This document shows positions 1 to 10,493 of a stretch of DNA of 64,000 bases, one piece after another (position 1 is the first letter of the stretch; each line of letters opens with the position of its first letter). A program made the position numbers and the translations under genes. Below the pieces are notes generated by a model. The model did not search any database, was not told where the DNA came from, and saw only the letters and a program-made list of their open reading frames with translations. The stretch is from Paracoccaceae bacterium (GTDB lineage Bacteria > Pseudomonadota > Alphaproteobacteria > Rhodobacterales > Rhodobacteraceae): NCBI GenBank assembly GCA_963664715.2, contig CAXXUY010000011.1, positions 410,351-474,350 on the forward strand. Direction: 5' to 3'.

Positions 1-2
1 AC

Positions 3-1208
3 AACGGCGGAATTCGCGAGTACAACGAACGCCTGATTCTGCATGCGATACGCCAGCATGGAGACATAGCAAGCGCCGAACTCGTGAGAGAGACCGGCCT
101 GAGCGTACAAAGCATCTCCCGAATCACGAAAAGGTTGATAAGTCTTGAATTGATCGAGAAGCGTGACCGCCGCCGTATCAAGGGCAAGGTCGGACAGCCA
201 TCTGTTCCCTTGGCACTGAAGGCAGGTGGCGCTTACTCAATCGGCGTGAAGATTGGCCGAAAGAGCATGGATATCGTTGCCATGGATTTCTCGGGCACCA
301 TTCAGGAAAGCAAGCTGTTCGAATACGACTTTCCGGAGCCCTCGCACGTGATCGCAGCATCCAATGACGGCATCTCGGAGATTCTGGCGAAACTGACGCC
401 AGCCCAACGTGAACGGGTTGTCGGATTGGGTGTCGTCGCACCCTATGGATTGCCTGATTGGCACGCCGAACTGAATAGCCCGGCAAGCCTGGCAGAGGAA
501 TGGGCAGCCACGGACCTGCGCGAGGCGGTCGCCGTGATGCATGACCTTCCCATTTGGGAGGATCACGACGCAAAGGCCGCCTGTCTGGCGGATCTGCTCT
601 TGCATGGTGTCAGAACACGTCCGAGAAACTATCTTTTCTTGTTCCTTGGGACGATCATGAGCGGAGGCGTGGTCCTCGACGGCACCATAATGCACGGACC
701 ACACGGATATGCGGGGGCAATCGGGCCGCTGCGGGTTCCGGGCGCCCTGGCTCCTTTGAAACCGGACGGGTGCAACTTGACAGTTCCATTGTTGAAAGTC
801 GCATCGCGCTATGTTCTCAACGAGATGCTTCACTCCGCCGACCTCGATCCCGGCACGGTCCTTTTGGAAGAGAACTGCCATGAGTTCGCCATAGTTCGAG
901 ACTGGGCCAATCACGCCGCCAAGGCGCTGGCGGTTGGAATCTTGAGTGCAATATCGACATTCGACTTCGAAGCAGTCGTGGTTGACGGAGACCTGCCTTC
1001 CAATGTCCGGGTATACCTGGTCGAACGCCTCAATGAGAGCCTCGACGAACAGGATTTCACGGGTCTGGTCCGACCGGAACTTATCGCCGGCGATCTAGGA
1101 AATCGCGCCCGTGCTCTGGGCGGGGCCTTGCTACCCTTCTATTCCAACTTCGTCCCGGAGCGCCATCTTCTGGTGAAGTCACAGGCCAGCGGTTTCACCG
1201 CTCAGTAG
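3..1208 (+). CDS. ROK family transcriptional regulator (5' end runs off the window)
   Basis: The frame is open from base 3 (NNGGIREYNERLILHAIRQHGDIASAELVRETGLSVQSISRITKRLISLELIEKRD = N-terminal wHTH typical of ROK repressors). A sugar-kinase-like body follows. The ORF track only starts at the internal GTG at 84. Confidence 0.8.
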   Translation, partial: NGGIREYNERLILHAIRQHGDIASAELVRETGLSVQSISRITKRLISLELIEKRDRRRIKGKVGQPSVPLALKAGGAYSIGVKIGRKSMDIVAMDFSGTIQESKLFEYDFPEPSHVIAASNDGISEILAKLTPAQRERVVGLGVVAPYGLPDWHAELNSPASLAEEWAATDLREAVAVMHDLPIWEDHDAKAACLADLLLHGVRTRPRNYLFLFLGTIMSGGVVLDGTIMHGPHGYAGAIGPLRVPGALAPLKPDGCNLTVPLLKVASRYVLNEMLHSADLDPGTVLLEENCHEFAIVRDWANHAAKALAVGILSAISTFDFEAVVVDGDLPSNVRVYLVERLNESLDEQDFTGLVRPELIAGDLGNRARALGGALLPFYSNFVPERHLLVKSQASGFTAQ

Positions 1209-2893
1209 ATTCCTTGCATTCTCCACACGTCGAGATTCGACACCTTGGCATCTCTGCTGCGCGACAGAAGCGAAACACCCCTGCTGTCGTCGCGGCCGGG
1301 ATAGACGCGCACTGACAAGGCAAGTGTATCGTTGGCAAACACTTCAACAACGCTTCGGTCGACGAATACCCGCAGGTCCAGCGCTTCGTCCTCGGCGAGT
1401 CGCACTGGACCTTGTTCCGGCGGACGCGCCAAGGCGTCCGGCAGAACTGAGGATTGGCACGTGTCGATGCAGAGTATGCTGTCGTGAGAGACCTTGTTCG
1501 AAATGGCCGTGGACATGATGCGAAGGGATCTGATGTCGTCCTCGAATGGCGTCCGATAGATGTACCCCCGTTTTCGGAAGAAAATGATGCGCGTGGTTTC
1601 TTCGCCATCAGGAGACCGCAATACGTTCAACTCGAAGCTTGAGGCCTTATCCGGCTCGAGCCGAAGAGCGATCTCCAGAGCGTCGCCTTCGACACCCGGC
1701 AGGACGAGTTCCTCATTTGCAGGCAGTGCGAGGTTACCGCACGTCAAGTGTTCGCCGCGAAGTCCATCAATGTCGTACACAGGCTCGATCTTCAATCTGC
1801 CATCCGGCAGCAACGAAAGCACCCGCGGCAAGGTCATGATTTGATCCCAGTCGTACAGCGTCCGTTTGCTGTCGTTGATTGATGCCTTCTCAGTCTCTGG
1901 CCCCAGAAAGTTCTCCAGGTACCTGTCCCGCTTGATGATCGGCATCGCCGGGTTCATGTTGAAGAGCACGACCACTCTACCATCCGGTGTAGGAGCGGCA
2001 GTTGGCGCGTGGACGCCGCCCGGAAACGTCGCGCCGAAGTTGAAAACACCATGGTCTTCGGCGAGGAATTTGTGCCGTTCGGTGTCGTAGCATCCCAGAA
2101 GATACTGCCCACCGCTCATGTGACTGAAGAACAGCAGGATATGCTTGTCTCCGATGGGCCAGAAATAGGGGCATGCGCCATCATCGCCGGGAATCGTGAA
2201 CCTGTCACCCTCTACGAAGGGATGCAGGTACTCCCATTCGATCAGATCCCGCGACCTGAAGAGGAAATTCTCGGCGAAGTGCCGCCCATTGTCCTGGAAG
2301 TCCCGAATTCCGGCCGACAGGGCGTAGTAGAAATCGCCTTCTTTCCAGATGCAGGGATCGAAGATTCCGTAATGACGATCCATGCCCTGATCCGTGTGAA
2401 ACGGGATTACCGGGCCATCTCCCAACTTCTGCCAGTTCAGGAGAAGCGGGTCGTGCGCCGTTGCCACCATATTGCCAACCCCGACACCATGATACATGGC
2501 GATGACACGATCGTCCTCCACAAGCGCCGTACCTGAATAGCAGTCGCTTTCCGGCCCCGGCCCGAATGCGTAAGGCAAGTCTTCCCAGCGCACCAGGTCA
2601 TCGCTCACCGCATGGCCCCAATGGACCCTTTCATCCTCGGGAGGGCGCGCTTGAAAGAAAAGGTGCCACCGGCCCTTCCAGAAGCACAGACCATTGGGAT
2701 CGTTCAGCGTGTTTTCGGGATTGACGAAGTGATACAGGGGACGGAATCGGTCACCAGCCTTTGCGGCACGAGCCGCCTTCATGCGCTTGGAAACGGGGTC
2801 ATCCCGCAACTGACAGGTCTGTTCATCGAAATCCGACGAATACTCAATTTGCCGGACCTTGGTTTTTGGAAAATTCCTGTTTTCCTTGGTCAT
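1202..2893 (-). CDS. glycoside hydrolase family 32-like protein (beta-fructofuranosidase/levanase fold)
   Basis: Has the GH32 nucleophile block TLNDPNGLCFWKGRWHLFFQ, an FDP block (YGIFDPCIW) and an S-x-DL-x-x-W block (RSRDLIEWEY). I prefer the ATG at 2893 (MTKENRNF), preceded by GGGAGA, over the track start at 2935. The usual W-E-C-P acid/base motif reads GACP (see findings). Confidence 0.8.
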   Translation of the reverse strand: MTKENRNFPKTKVRQIEYSSDFDEQTCQLRDDPVSKRMKAARAAKAGDRFRPLYHFVNPENTLNDPNGLCFWKGRWHLFFQARPPEDERVHWGHAVSDDLVRWEDLPYAFGPGPESDCYSGTALVEDDRVIAMYHGVGVGNMVATAHDPLLLNWQKLGDGPVIPFHTDQGMDRHYGIFDPCIWKEGDFYYALSAGIRDFQDNGRHFAENFLFRSRDLIEWEYLHPFVEGDRFTIPGDDGACPYFWPIGDKHILLFFSHMSGGQYLLGCYDTERHKFLAEDHGVFNFGATFPGGVHAPTAAPTPDGRVVVLFNMNPAMPIIKRDRYLENFLGPETEKASINDSKRTLYDWDQIMTLPRVLSLLPDGRLKIEPVYDIDGLRGEHLTCGNLALPANEELVLPGVEGDALEIALRLEPDKASSFELNVLRSPDGEETTRIIFFRKRGYIYRTPFEDDIRSLRIMSTAISNKVSHDSILCIDTCQSSVLPDALARPPEQGPVRLAEDEALDLRVFVDRSVVEVFANDTLALSVRVYPGRDDSRGVSLLSRSRDAKVSNLDVWRMQGIY

Positions 2894-3099
2894 GCTGATC
2901 TCCCGAGAGCCTGGTGTTCGTGCCGATGTCAACACTTGGTGAGGTCTACCAATAACATCTCGATGGCCCGGACTCCATAATTATCTCTCTGGGAGGTATT
3001 AATGAGAATTTCGATGTCGGCATTTTTCCGCGGCGTGACGTACTCGGCGGGATTAGCCATAGAGCGTCCGTTGCCGGTCCAGCAGCGTTCCCGGTGGCA

Positions 3100-3983
3100 C
3101 ACGAAGCAAGGACTCTCAAACGAATTGTCTGGAAATCGGGAGTGGAGGATCTCGGAGGGACCTGGAGGGGGTCGGTTCCGGCAAGGTGGCGTTCCTGTTC
3201 GGGAGGTCTGGCATCTGTCGTGCCTTTGGCCCCTGAACCATGAAGTGAGAAATGCCCGCGGATAGTGTGTCGTTGAGTATCTAGTCAGGCGAAGTCCACT
3301 GACTGCTCGGCGACAACTGTGCAGGAAAGACTCTTGATCAAGATCATTTCAGGGGTCGTCGCAGCGAGTTCTGGGGGCGTCACTCTCGACGGAAAACCAT
3401 TGACCAGCGGCGATCCACGACTGGCCCGCAACCTCTGTATAGCCACGGTGCACCAGCACGGAGAGACGGTCCCGCCTATGAGCGTTGGTCGCAACTTCTT
3501 TCCCGGCGCTGAACCGCTGAGGGGATGGGGCATGTTCCTCCAAATAGACTTCGCCAAGTCGGAACAAGTAGCCCTGGAGCAGCTTCATTCTCTCGGTATC
3601 AGGAGAACAACTGACGCCCTTCGCCCGGTAGGTACGCTGTCAATTGGTGAAGGACAAGTTCTCGCAATCGCGCGAGCAGTTTGTTTGGGGCGCGCCTGTT
3701 GATCCTCGACGAACCGACCTCGGCACAGGGCGCAAAGGAGGCAGCATCGGTTCTCCAAATCATAGAGGAGGTTCGGTCTCGAGATGTTGCAGTGGTCTTG
3801 ATCACCCAAAACGCACATCACTCGCTGCAGGTCGGTCATCGATTTTCCGTACTGATCAAGGGACGGCTTGCCGCTTCGTTTACAAAGGGTGAAAAAACGC
3901 GACTTGAAGTGTCAACCTCATGGCAGTGGGCCTCAGTGGCCGTATCCTGGCGACAACGGATACATCTCAAAAAGGCTCATTGA
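3100..3983 (+). pseudogene. sugar-type ABC transporter ATP-binding protein, disrupted
   Basis: Fragments lie in two frames. ORF 3319-3702 carries LLIKIISGV..LDGKPL..V.Q and a degenerate signature/Q-loop region (LSIGEGQVLAIARAV). ORF 3681-3983 carries Walker B LLILDEPTSA and the H-loop region ITQNAHH. No GxxGxGKS/T Walker A is present upstream; the region 3230-3320 has stops. There is a frameshift near 3690. Confidence 0.7.
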
Positions 3984-4230
3984 CTTTCTCTGTAGCCAAG
4001 GACCGAAGTCGACCACTGGCATTCGCCGCGACACGCGCAATTTTCTGATGGCTATGCTGAAACCAGAAATGGACCTTGAACACTCAGTGCATCGCTCCCC
4101 GGTCAATGCCTTCGTTCATATCCTGTCCTGCCTCTTCGCTTGCTTCCACAAGAAGGCATGAATCAGAATGACGAAAGTCCTGGCTTATCCATGACAGGGG
4201 CAGATTGAACTGGGCAACCGTATTCGAACC

Positions 4231-4593
4231 TCAAGACAGGGGTTCCCAGAGCTCTATCACGTTGCCTTCGGGGTCGTTGATGCGGGCGAAGTGGCCGATG
4301 CCCTCCATCTCGCTTTCGTGGCTGATCTCGATGCCTGCGGATTTCAGTTGCGAGATCATGGCATCCAGGTCGGCCACGCGAAAGTTCAGCATGAAGGTCT
4401 TGTCCGAAGGGAAGTAATCCGTGTCGGCAGCGAAGGGTGAGAACACCGTGACCCCGGCATCGGTCATCCAAGGCGCCATATCCATGTTTGTGGGGGCAGG
4501 ATTGATACCAAGGTGATTCTGATACCAATTCGCAAGTCTTTCGGGGTCTTTCGCACGAAAGAAGAACCCGCCGAATCCCATTACCCTTTGCAT
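4231..4593 (-). CDS. VOC (glyoxalase/bleomycin-resistance/dioxygenase) family protein
   Basis: A 120 aa single-domain protein with typical VOC N- and C-terminal strands (GFGGFFFRAKDPERLANWY ... GHFARINDPEGNVIELWEP). Confidence 0.75.
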   Translation of the reverse strand: MQRVMGFGGFFFRAKDPERLANWYQNHLGINPAPTNMDMAPWMTDAGVTVFSPFAADTDYFPSDKTFMLNFRVADLDAMISQLKSAGIEISHESEMEGIGHFARINDPEGNVIELWEPLS

Positions 4594-4812
4594 GTCACGC
4601 CCTCCAGTCTAAGCAGAGGCTATCATGGTTGTTGGCGACCACCAAACTCCCCGGGGACGGGCGGTGCCTGGTGGCAGCCCAGGCTGTGTGTGGATATCTC
4701 GGATAGTGGTCGCCCGGACTTGGTCGAAGAACTGATCGGTCCTGCGTCCGCAAGTACGGCCAATGGAAATCAGCCTGATGGCGGCGGCGCGTGCCGAAAC
4801 CTGATCGAGGTA

Positions 4813-5328
4813 TCATCCGGCCCGGACAACCAGGCGGGTGCGGTTTGTCAGTCTCTCTGCAATCCAGACCAGATCCTCGCGCGCAAACGCGACGCAACCC
4901 GCAGTCGGATACCGCGGCCGCCTCCAGACATGCAGAAATATCGCCGAGCCCTTTCCCGGCACGGCCTTCGGCCAATTGTAGTCCGTCGGGATGACAAGAT
5001 CATATTGCCGGTCAGAACGACGCAGTTTCTCGTGACTGTACCCGTAGCCATACATGGCGCTTCCCGGTTGGTTGTATGCCGGATCCCGCGGGTCGTCCGA
5101 CCAGATGTCAGGCCTCAATATCGGAAGGGCGCGGGACATTCCCGATGCATCCATCCGATCAGGCCGGTAGAAGATTCCCAGCAATTTGAATATTCCCGCC
5201 GGGGTTGCGCCGTCCCCTTCCCTCTTCTCGGTCGTGATACCGTTTCGTCCGAGTGAACAGCAAAATGTTCGACCCAGAAACCGCGAGTTCGTGCCAGACA
5301 CAACAATGTCAACTCGATGCCGGCTCAC
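4813..5328 (-). CDS. L,D-transpeptidase (YkuD) family protein
   Basis: Has a KREGDGATPAG block and the catalytic H...GC motif (SAIFLHVWRRPRYPTAGCVAF). Overlaps the ribA stop by 4 nt. Confidence 0.7.
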   Translation of the reverse strand: MSRHRVDIVVSGTNSRFLGRTFCCSLGRNGITTEKREGDGATPAGIFKLLGIFYRPDRMDASGMSRALPILRPDIWSDDPRDPAYNQPGSAMYGYGYSHEKLRRSDRQYDLVIPTDYNWPKAVPGKGSAIFLHVWRRPRYPTAGCVAFAREDLVWIAERLTNRTRLVVRAG

Positions 5329-6425
5329 AGGACGTGACCGCTCTTGGCCGTCTTGGTCGACATGTAACGCTCGTTATGGCTGTTCCTCCCGACAACCAGC
5401 GGTACCCTCTCGACGACATCAATCCCCTGGGACACCAGCATTCTAACCTTGGCCGGATTGTTGGTCATCAACCTGACCCGGGCAAAACCGAGCTGTTTCA
5501 GGATTACTGCACCAATTCGAAAATCCCTTTCATCGTCCTCAAACCCAAGCCTGTGATTGGCTTCAACCGTGTCGAAGCCCTGGTCCTGCAGGGTATACGC
5601 CCTGATCTTGTTGGTAAGTCCGATTCCCCGCCCTTCTTGGTTCAGATAAAGCAGGACCCCTTTTGATTCACCGGAAATCCTTTCCAGGGCCGAATGCAAT
5701 TGTGGTCCGCAGTCGCATTTGAGCGATCCGAGAACATCGCCGGTAAAACACGCCGAATGCAACCGGACCAACACCGGTTCGTCCCGAGGTGGTACGCCGA
5801 CTTCAATGGCACAGTGCTCGTCGGTTTCGCCCGGAATTCGAAATACATAGATCCTGACGTCATCCGATATCGCCAATGGCAACCTGGCTGAAACCAGGGG
5901 TCCGGTCCGTTTGGATAGCGACGGGTAATCATTCCAGCATTCGGGACCAAGGCAGACCAACTCGTTTGCCTCCGCAAATCCCCTGGCATCGTCAACGGGC
6001 ACGGAGACCACAGCAGGAAGGAGCCTGGCATCCCGTGCGAGAAGGACAGCGTGCCTGTATGGGCCGGCTCTTCCGGACCTTATGGATTCCATTGGTCCCT
6101 TCATGGGAAACTGCAGGTCAGTCGAAGGGTCGGCCAACGAACGGAGCCAGTCGCACCCCGCATTCCCCGGTATGTTTATTCGGGCAATATCTCCATCATA
6201 CACTCGCGCCTTGAGTGTCGCCGCGCGTTTGGCCGTGATCACCACGACGGCTCCCGGGCACTCGGCTGCCCTGGCCAGCCTGTCGTCGCCCGCAGCTTCG
6301 ACCGCCAATGCCATTATTCCCTGATTGCCATCTGAAACGACAACCGGAATTCCAATTCGCAGATCACCCAGGGCGCGTTGAAGAACTTCAGAGGTTCCGG
6401 GTTTGAATTCCTGATTCACCTTCAT
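5325..6425 (-). CDS. ribA: GTP cyclohydrolase II
   Basis: Carries the zinc/GTP motifs LVRLHSACFTGDVLGSLKCDCGPQL and YLNQEGRGIGLTNKIRAYTLQDQGFDTVEAN, plus MTNNPAKV. Confidence 0.9.
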   Translation of the reverse strand: MKVNQEFKPGTSEVLQRALGDLRIGIPVVVSDGNQGIMALAVEAAGDDRLARAAECPGAVVVITAKRAATLKARVYDGDIARINIPGNAGCDWLRSLADPSTDLQFPMKGPMESIRSGRAGPYRHAVLLARDARLLPAVVSVPVDDARGFAEANELVCLGPECWNDYPSLSKRTGPLVSARLPLAISDDVRIYVFRIPGETDEHCAIEVGVPPRDEPVLVRLHSACFTGDVLGSLKCDCGPQLHSALERISGESKGVLLYLNQEGRGIGLTNKIRAYTLQDQGFDTVEANHRLGFEDDERDFRIGAVILKQLGFARVRLMTNNPAKVRMLVSQGIDVVERVPLVVGRNSHNERYMSTKTAKSGHVL

Positions 6426-6645
6426 TCCTTGCCCGCTGAACTGTTCACCGGTTACGGCGCCATGTCAGCATGAATTAGACCCAACTCAGCGTAAGGTCAA
6501 AGAACGTCCCAGCCAGCAGAGCGTGCAGCCAAATGGCGCAGAACGGAAGCATGGCAGGTAGATTAATTTTTTGTTAGCAATTTTGTAGAAAACGCTGTAT
6601 TCCTTGACTTGAGGCAAAAAAACAACAACGGCACGAGCAGTAAAG

Positions 6646-7215
6646 TTGCGAAAACTACTACTGGCGGTCCTGCTTGCGGGATGTTCGTTCGTGGATTTCG
6701 GTCCTCCTTCGAATCTGGATGATGCATGCGCAATCACCCGGGAAAGACCGAAATGGCATATCCATATGCGTAATGTCGAAAAGAACTATCGCTTGCCGGT
6801 ATCCGTGCAGATGGCCATTATCTGGCAGGAAAGCAAATTCCAGCAACGGGCCAAGACGCCCCGAACCTACTTTTTCAAGATCATACCAACGGGTCGACAG
6901 TCATCGGCATTCGGATATGCACAGGTGATTGACGGTACATGGGAATGGTACCAGGAGCAGACAGGTCGGTACAGTGCAAGTAGAACCGACTTTGGCGACG
7001 CAGTCGAGTTCATCGGTTGGTATTCCGACATTACGACCAAGAAACATGGCGTCAGCAAGTCGGATGCCCGCAACCAGTATCTTGCATACCATGAAGGGCA
7101 CACCGGGTTCCGGAAACGGAATTACCTGAAGAAACCCTGGCTGATGGACGTTTCCAAGAAAGTGGCGGCGCAGGCTGGCCGTTATGAACGGCAACTCAGG
7201 GGCTGCAGGTTCTGA
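6646..7215 (+). CDS. lipoprotein with lytic transglycosylase (SLT-like) domain
   Basis: TTG start. Has a lipobox LLAGC after a hydrophobic leader. The catalytic-Glu context (MAIIWQESKFQ) and the AFGYAQVIDGTW block are typical of SLT-type transglycosylases. Confidence 0.65.
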   Translation: MRKLLLAVLLAGCSFVDFGPPSNLDDACAITRERPKWHIHMRNVEKNYRLPVSVQMAIIWQESKFQQRAKTPRTYFFKIIPTGRQSSAFGYAQVIDGTWEWYQEQTGRYSASRTDFGDAVEFIGWYSDITTKKHGVSKSDARNQYLAYHEGHTGFRKRNYLKKPWLMDVSKKVAAQAGRYERQLRGCRF

Positions 7216-7221
7216 CTACCG

Positions 7222-7893
7222 TCAGTTGTCATCGGCATGACGACTGACTTCGAGTTCTATGTCAAACATGGCCGGACTCAGTTCCAGGCCGGTACCAAGA
7301 CTGTCGAACCGGACATGTGTACGGTTTCCGAACTCGTCGATTACAGTCCAGCCATCCAGTTGGAGAGGTTCGTTCCGGAAGCTCAGTATCAACGATCCGG
7401 AGTATTCGTCTGAAGGGCTCTGGAGGTGCAGTTCGCTATGGCCTTGAGCGGTCACGAACCGGGGGTCAAGCCGTTCGTCCGTAAGATCTATGTGGTCCTT
7501 GAGCAGCAGGTAGAGCGGTGTTCTTCGCAGCGGAAACAACTGGGGGCTTGTATTTGACTTGCGATCGATAATCGCGATGCGGCGGCTGCTGGCAATGATC
7601 AGGCCCGTATCAGGCGGATCGTATTCCAGCCGTGCTCGCCATGGTCGCTTCACGACCAGAGTACCATTCGACAGGGTCCCGTCGGAATTGATCTGGGTAA
7701 ACCGCGCCCAGGCAGATGAGAGACCATTCAGATAGGCAGACAACCTTTCAACCGTAACCGGTTCTGCCTGTTCGACGACGACTTCTTCGGTCTCCTCCGC
7801 GATTTCCGTTTGTGCGCCGACCGGTACCGCACACATCAGCAAGACGAGGATCGCGCTACGGCAATTCCTGAAGCCCGCCCGCATGTAGTTCAT
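7222..7893 (-). CDS. lolA: outer-membrane lipoprotein carrier protein LolA
   Basis: The signal peptide starts at [28 protein letters not shown]. LolA-like blocks are present (ARFTQINSDGTLSNGTLVVKRPWRARLEY). The start ATG at 7891-7893 overlaps the ftsK stop (TAATG), so the upstream 46 codons in the ORF track are unlikely to be translated. Confidence 0.8.
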   Translation of the reverse strand: MNYMRAGFRNCRSAILVLLMCAVPVGAQTEIAEETEEVVVEQAEPVTVERLSAYLNGLSSAWARFTQINSDGTLSNGTLVVKRPWRARLEYDPPDTGLIIASSRRIAIIDRKSNTSPQLFPLRRTPLYLLLKDHIDLTDERLDPRFVTAQGHSELHLQSPSDEYSGSLILSFRNEPLQLDGWTVIDEFGNRTHVRFDSLGTGLELSPAMFDIELEVSRHADDN

Positions 7894-10493
7894 TATTCGG
7901 GTATCAGGATTTCTCTTTTGCCGACATGGTTTGGCGCGCTGACCAGACCTTCCTCTTCCATTCTCTCGACGAGACGTGCTGCCTTGTTGTAGCCAATGCC
8001 AAGCTTCCTCTGAATGTATGAAGTCGAACATTTGCGGTCATTTCTGATGATCTGCACGGCAATATCATATTGCTCGTCGTCTGACGATGTGTTTCCGCCA
8101 AGCCCCAGGATCTGGTTGATGCTGTTTTCCTTGGCCTCGTCAGGTCCCTCCAAGATTTCGGTCAGGTAATCTGGCGCACCCTGTTCCTTGAGGTGACCCA
8201 CCACCATCTCGACCTCGGAGTCATCCACGAATGGGCCGTGCACGCGTGTTATCTTGCTTCCTCCCGACATGAGCAACATGTCGCCGCATCCGAGAAGCTG
8301 TTCGGCGCCTTGTTCGCCAAGCACGGTGCGGCTGTCGATCTTCGATGCGACCTGGAAAGATGCACGCGTCGGAATGTTGGCCTTGATTGTGCCGGTGATG
8401 ACGTCAACCGACGGACGCTGGGTTGCAAGCACGACATGAATTCCGGATGCCCGGGCCATCTGTGCCAGTCTCTGGATGCACGCCTCGATCTCCTTGCCGG
8501 CAGCCATCATCAGGTCAGCCATCTCGTCGACCACGACAACGATGTAGGGCAGTGTTTCAGGCTCCTTCACCTCTTCGACAATGATGGGTTCGCCGGTCGT
8601 CTGGTCGAATCCTGATTGAACCGTCCGTGTGAATTTCTGGCCGTTGGCTTGAGCTTCACGCATGCGATCATTGTAGGTGCTCAACTTCCGTACGCCCATT
8701 TTCGACATCTTCCGGTAGCGGCTTTCCATCTCCGCAACGACCCATTTCAGGACAAATACCGCCTGCTTCGGGTCCGTGACCACCGGAGAAAGCAGGTTCG
8801 GGATTCCGTCATAAACACTCAGTTCGAGCATTTTCGGATCGATCATGATCATCCGGCATTCGTCGGGGGACTGCCGATACAGCAGACTCAGGATCATCGT
8901 ATTGATGGCCACTGATTTTCCGGATCCGGTGGTTCCGGCGATCAGCAAGTGCGGCATTGTTGCCAGGTCGACAATCATCGGCTGGCCTCCAATGTCCTTT
9001 CCAAGCGCAATTGGCAGGTCCAAGCTCGAGTCAGTGAAACTGGGGTCGGAGAGCATTTCACGAAGATAGACGGTCTCACGGTGGTTGTTGGGAAGCTCGA
9101 TTCCAATGATCTGCTTGCCCGGAACCGTTGAAATCCTGGCGGAAATCGCCGACATGTTCCTCGCGATGTCGTCCGAGAGCCCAATGACACGGCTTGCCTT
9201 GAGGCCGGGCTCCGGCAGCAACTCATAAAGGGTAACCACCGGTCCCGGATGCACGGCCTCGATCGTTCCGTTCACGCCGTAATCCTCGAGAACCTCCCTC
9301 AGCCTGGTGGCACTTTCCTTCAGCGAATCGTATCCGACCTGCTCGAGGCGAGCCTTGGCCGGCGGTTGAAGCAGGTCGATCGAGGGCAACTCGTAGGTGT
9401 CTTCTCCCGCGTTGCTGACCGTTGTTTTCTGACGCACGGTCCGCCGCTTTGATTTGCGGCCGGAGACGACCGGTTGGTCTTCGTGCTGCAACTCGGTACT
9501 TTCAGCAGGCTCGTCGTCGAGCAGGTCTTCAGACTGGTGGTCAGCGATTCGCCTGGTAATGGGCGGTTCTGAAACGCCCCGGACTATCCGGGATCTGCCA
9601 CTGCTATCGATCGTTTCAATTTCCGTGTTTCTTCCACGTTGCATGGATGTGAGCAAACGCCACATCATCGGAGATTTCTCGCGCGGTTTATCGCGCGGTT
9701 GTCCGGCGTTGCCAGCGTCTTTCCCGGAACTCGCCACGGCAGTCTGACCATCAGTTGTCAAACCGTTCGTCACTATGGTGTCGGTGCGGACATCCCGCCG
9801 CGTTGCCAGTGGACCGATAACCGAACCGGGCCGAGACTTGTTGGCCGCCTGTCGTGACTTGATTGATGCAACCTTCCTTCGACGTTCGCGGCGGGACCTC
9901 GAAAACAGCCCTGCAAGACCAGCCAGCTCCTCAAGGGTCACGCCCAGAGCCAGAAATGAAAACAGGAAAACTGCCCCGCCCGAGACGTAACTTGAAACCG
10001 CCTCACCGTGTTCGACTCCCGCCGGCCAGGAATAGACGATTGCGCTCAGGGCAGTTTCTCCAAACATTCCGCCGATGCCGAAGCCATGTGGCCAGCTCTC
10101 AGGCGGTGTCAGGATGGTCAGGTGAACGGAGACCGAGACAATCAGGAAGGGAAGATAAAGGAGTCGATTCAGGAAACGATCATCTCCGATATGTGACATG
10201 AAACGAAAGGCCCAGATCGCCAGAAAGATCACGAAGCCCCAGGAGCTCAGGCCAATGATCAACATGAGCGGGCTGGCGATGGCGGCACCGGTCTCACCCA
10301 GGAAATTCTGCACCGGATTGTCATTTGCGGTGAACAGCCCGGGATCGGAAGCCGAATATGTGCCCAGCAATATGGCGAACGCGACGCAGGCTGCCAGCAT
10401 GATGACGCCAAGCACTTCCTTGCTCCGCTGCTCGATGATCGTGCGCGAGTGGCTGTCAACCAGCGGACCGCGTTGTCTTGCCTCGAATGTCAT
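7893..10493 (-). CDS. ftsK: DNA translocase FtsK
   Basis: Has N-terminal TM helices, a low-complexity linker, the motor domain with Walker A ([16 protein letters not shown]) and Walker B ([11 protein letters not shown]), and a C-terminal gamma wHTH ([24 protein letters not shown]). Confidence 0.95.
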   Translation of the reverse strand: MTFEARQRGPLVDSHSRTIIEQRSKEVLGVIMLAACVAFAILLGTYSASDPGLFTANDNPVQNFLGETGAAIASPLMLIIGLSSWGFVIFLAIWAFRFMSHIGDDRFLNRLLYLPFLIVSVSVHLTILTPPESWPHGFGIGGMFGETALSAIVYSWPAGVEHGEAVSSYVSGGAVFLFSFLALGVTLEELAGLAGLFSRSRRERRRKVASIKSRQAANKSRPGSVIGPLATRRDVRTDTIVTNGLTTDGQTAVASSGKDAGNAGQPRDKPREKSPMMWRLLTSMQRGRNTEIETIDSSGRSRIVRGVSEPPITRRIADHQSEDLLDDEPAESTELQHEDQPVVSGRKSKRRTVRQKTTVSNAGEDTYELPSIDLLQPPAKARLEQVGYDSLKESATRLREVLEDYGVNGTIEAVHPGPVVTLYELLPEPGLKASRVIGLSDDIARNMSAISARISTVPGKQIIGIELPNNHRETVYLREMLSDPSFTDSSLDLPIALGKDIGGQPMIVDLATMPHLLIAGTTGSGKSVAINTMILSLLYRQSPDECRMIMIDPKMLELSVYDGIPNLLSPVVTDPKQAVFVLKWVVAEMESRYRKMSKMGVRKLSTYNDRMREAQANGQKFTRTVQSGFDQTTGEPIIVEEVKEPETLPYIVVVVDEMADLMMAAGKEIEACIQRLAQMARASGIHVVLATQRPSVDVITGTIKANIPTRASFQVASKIDSRTVLGEQGAEQLLGCGDMLLMSGGSKITRVHGPFVDDSEVEMVVGHLKEQGAPDYLTEILEGPDEAKENSINQILGLGGNTSSDDEQYDIAVQIIRNDRKCSTSYIQRKLGIGYNKAARLVERMEEEGLVSAPNHVGKREILIPE

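Noticed and set aside
6426-6645. A possible FMN (RFN) riboswitch in the leader of ribA.
   Set aside because: Only a vague accggtg...ttc resemblance was seen. The conserved RFN core helices and the GGATGGGAGA-type 3' element are not visible, and the leader is short.
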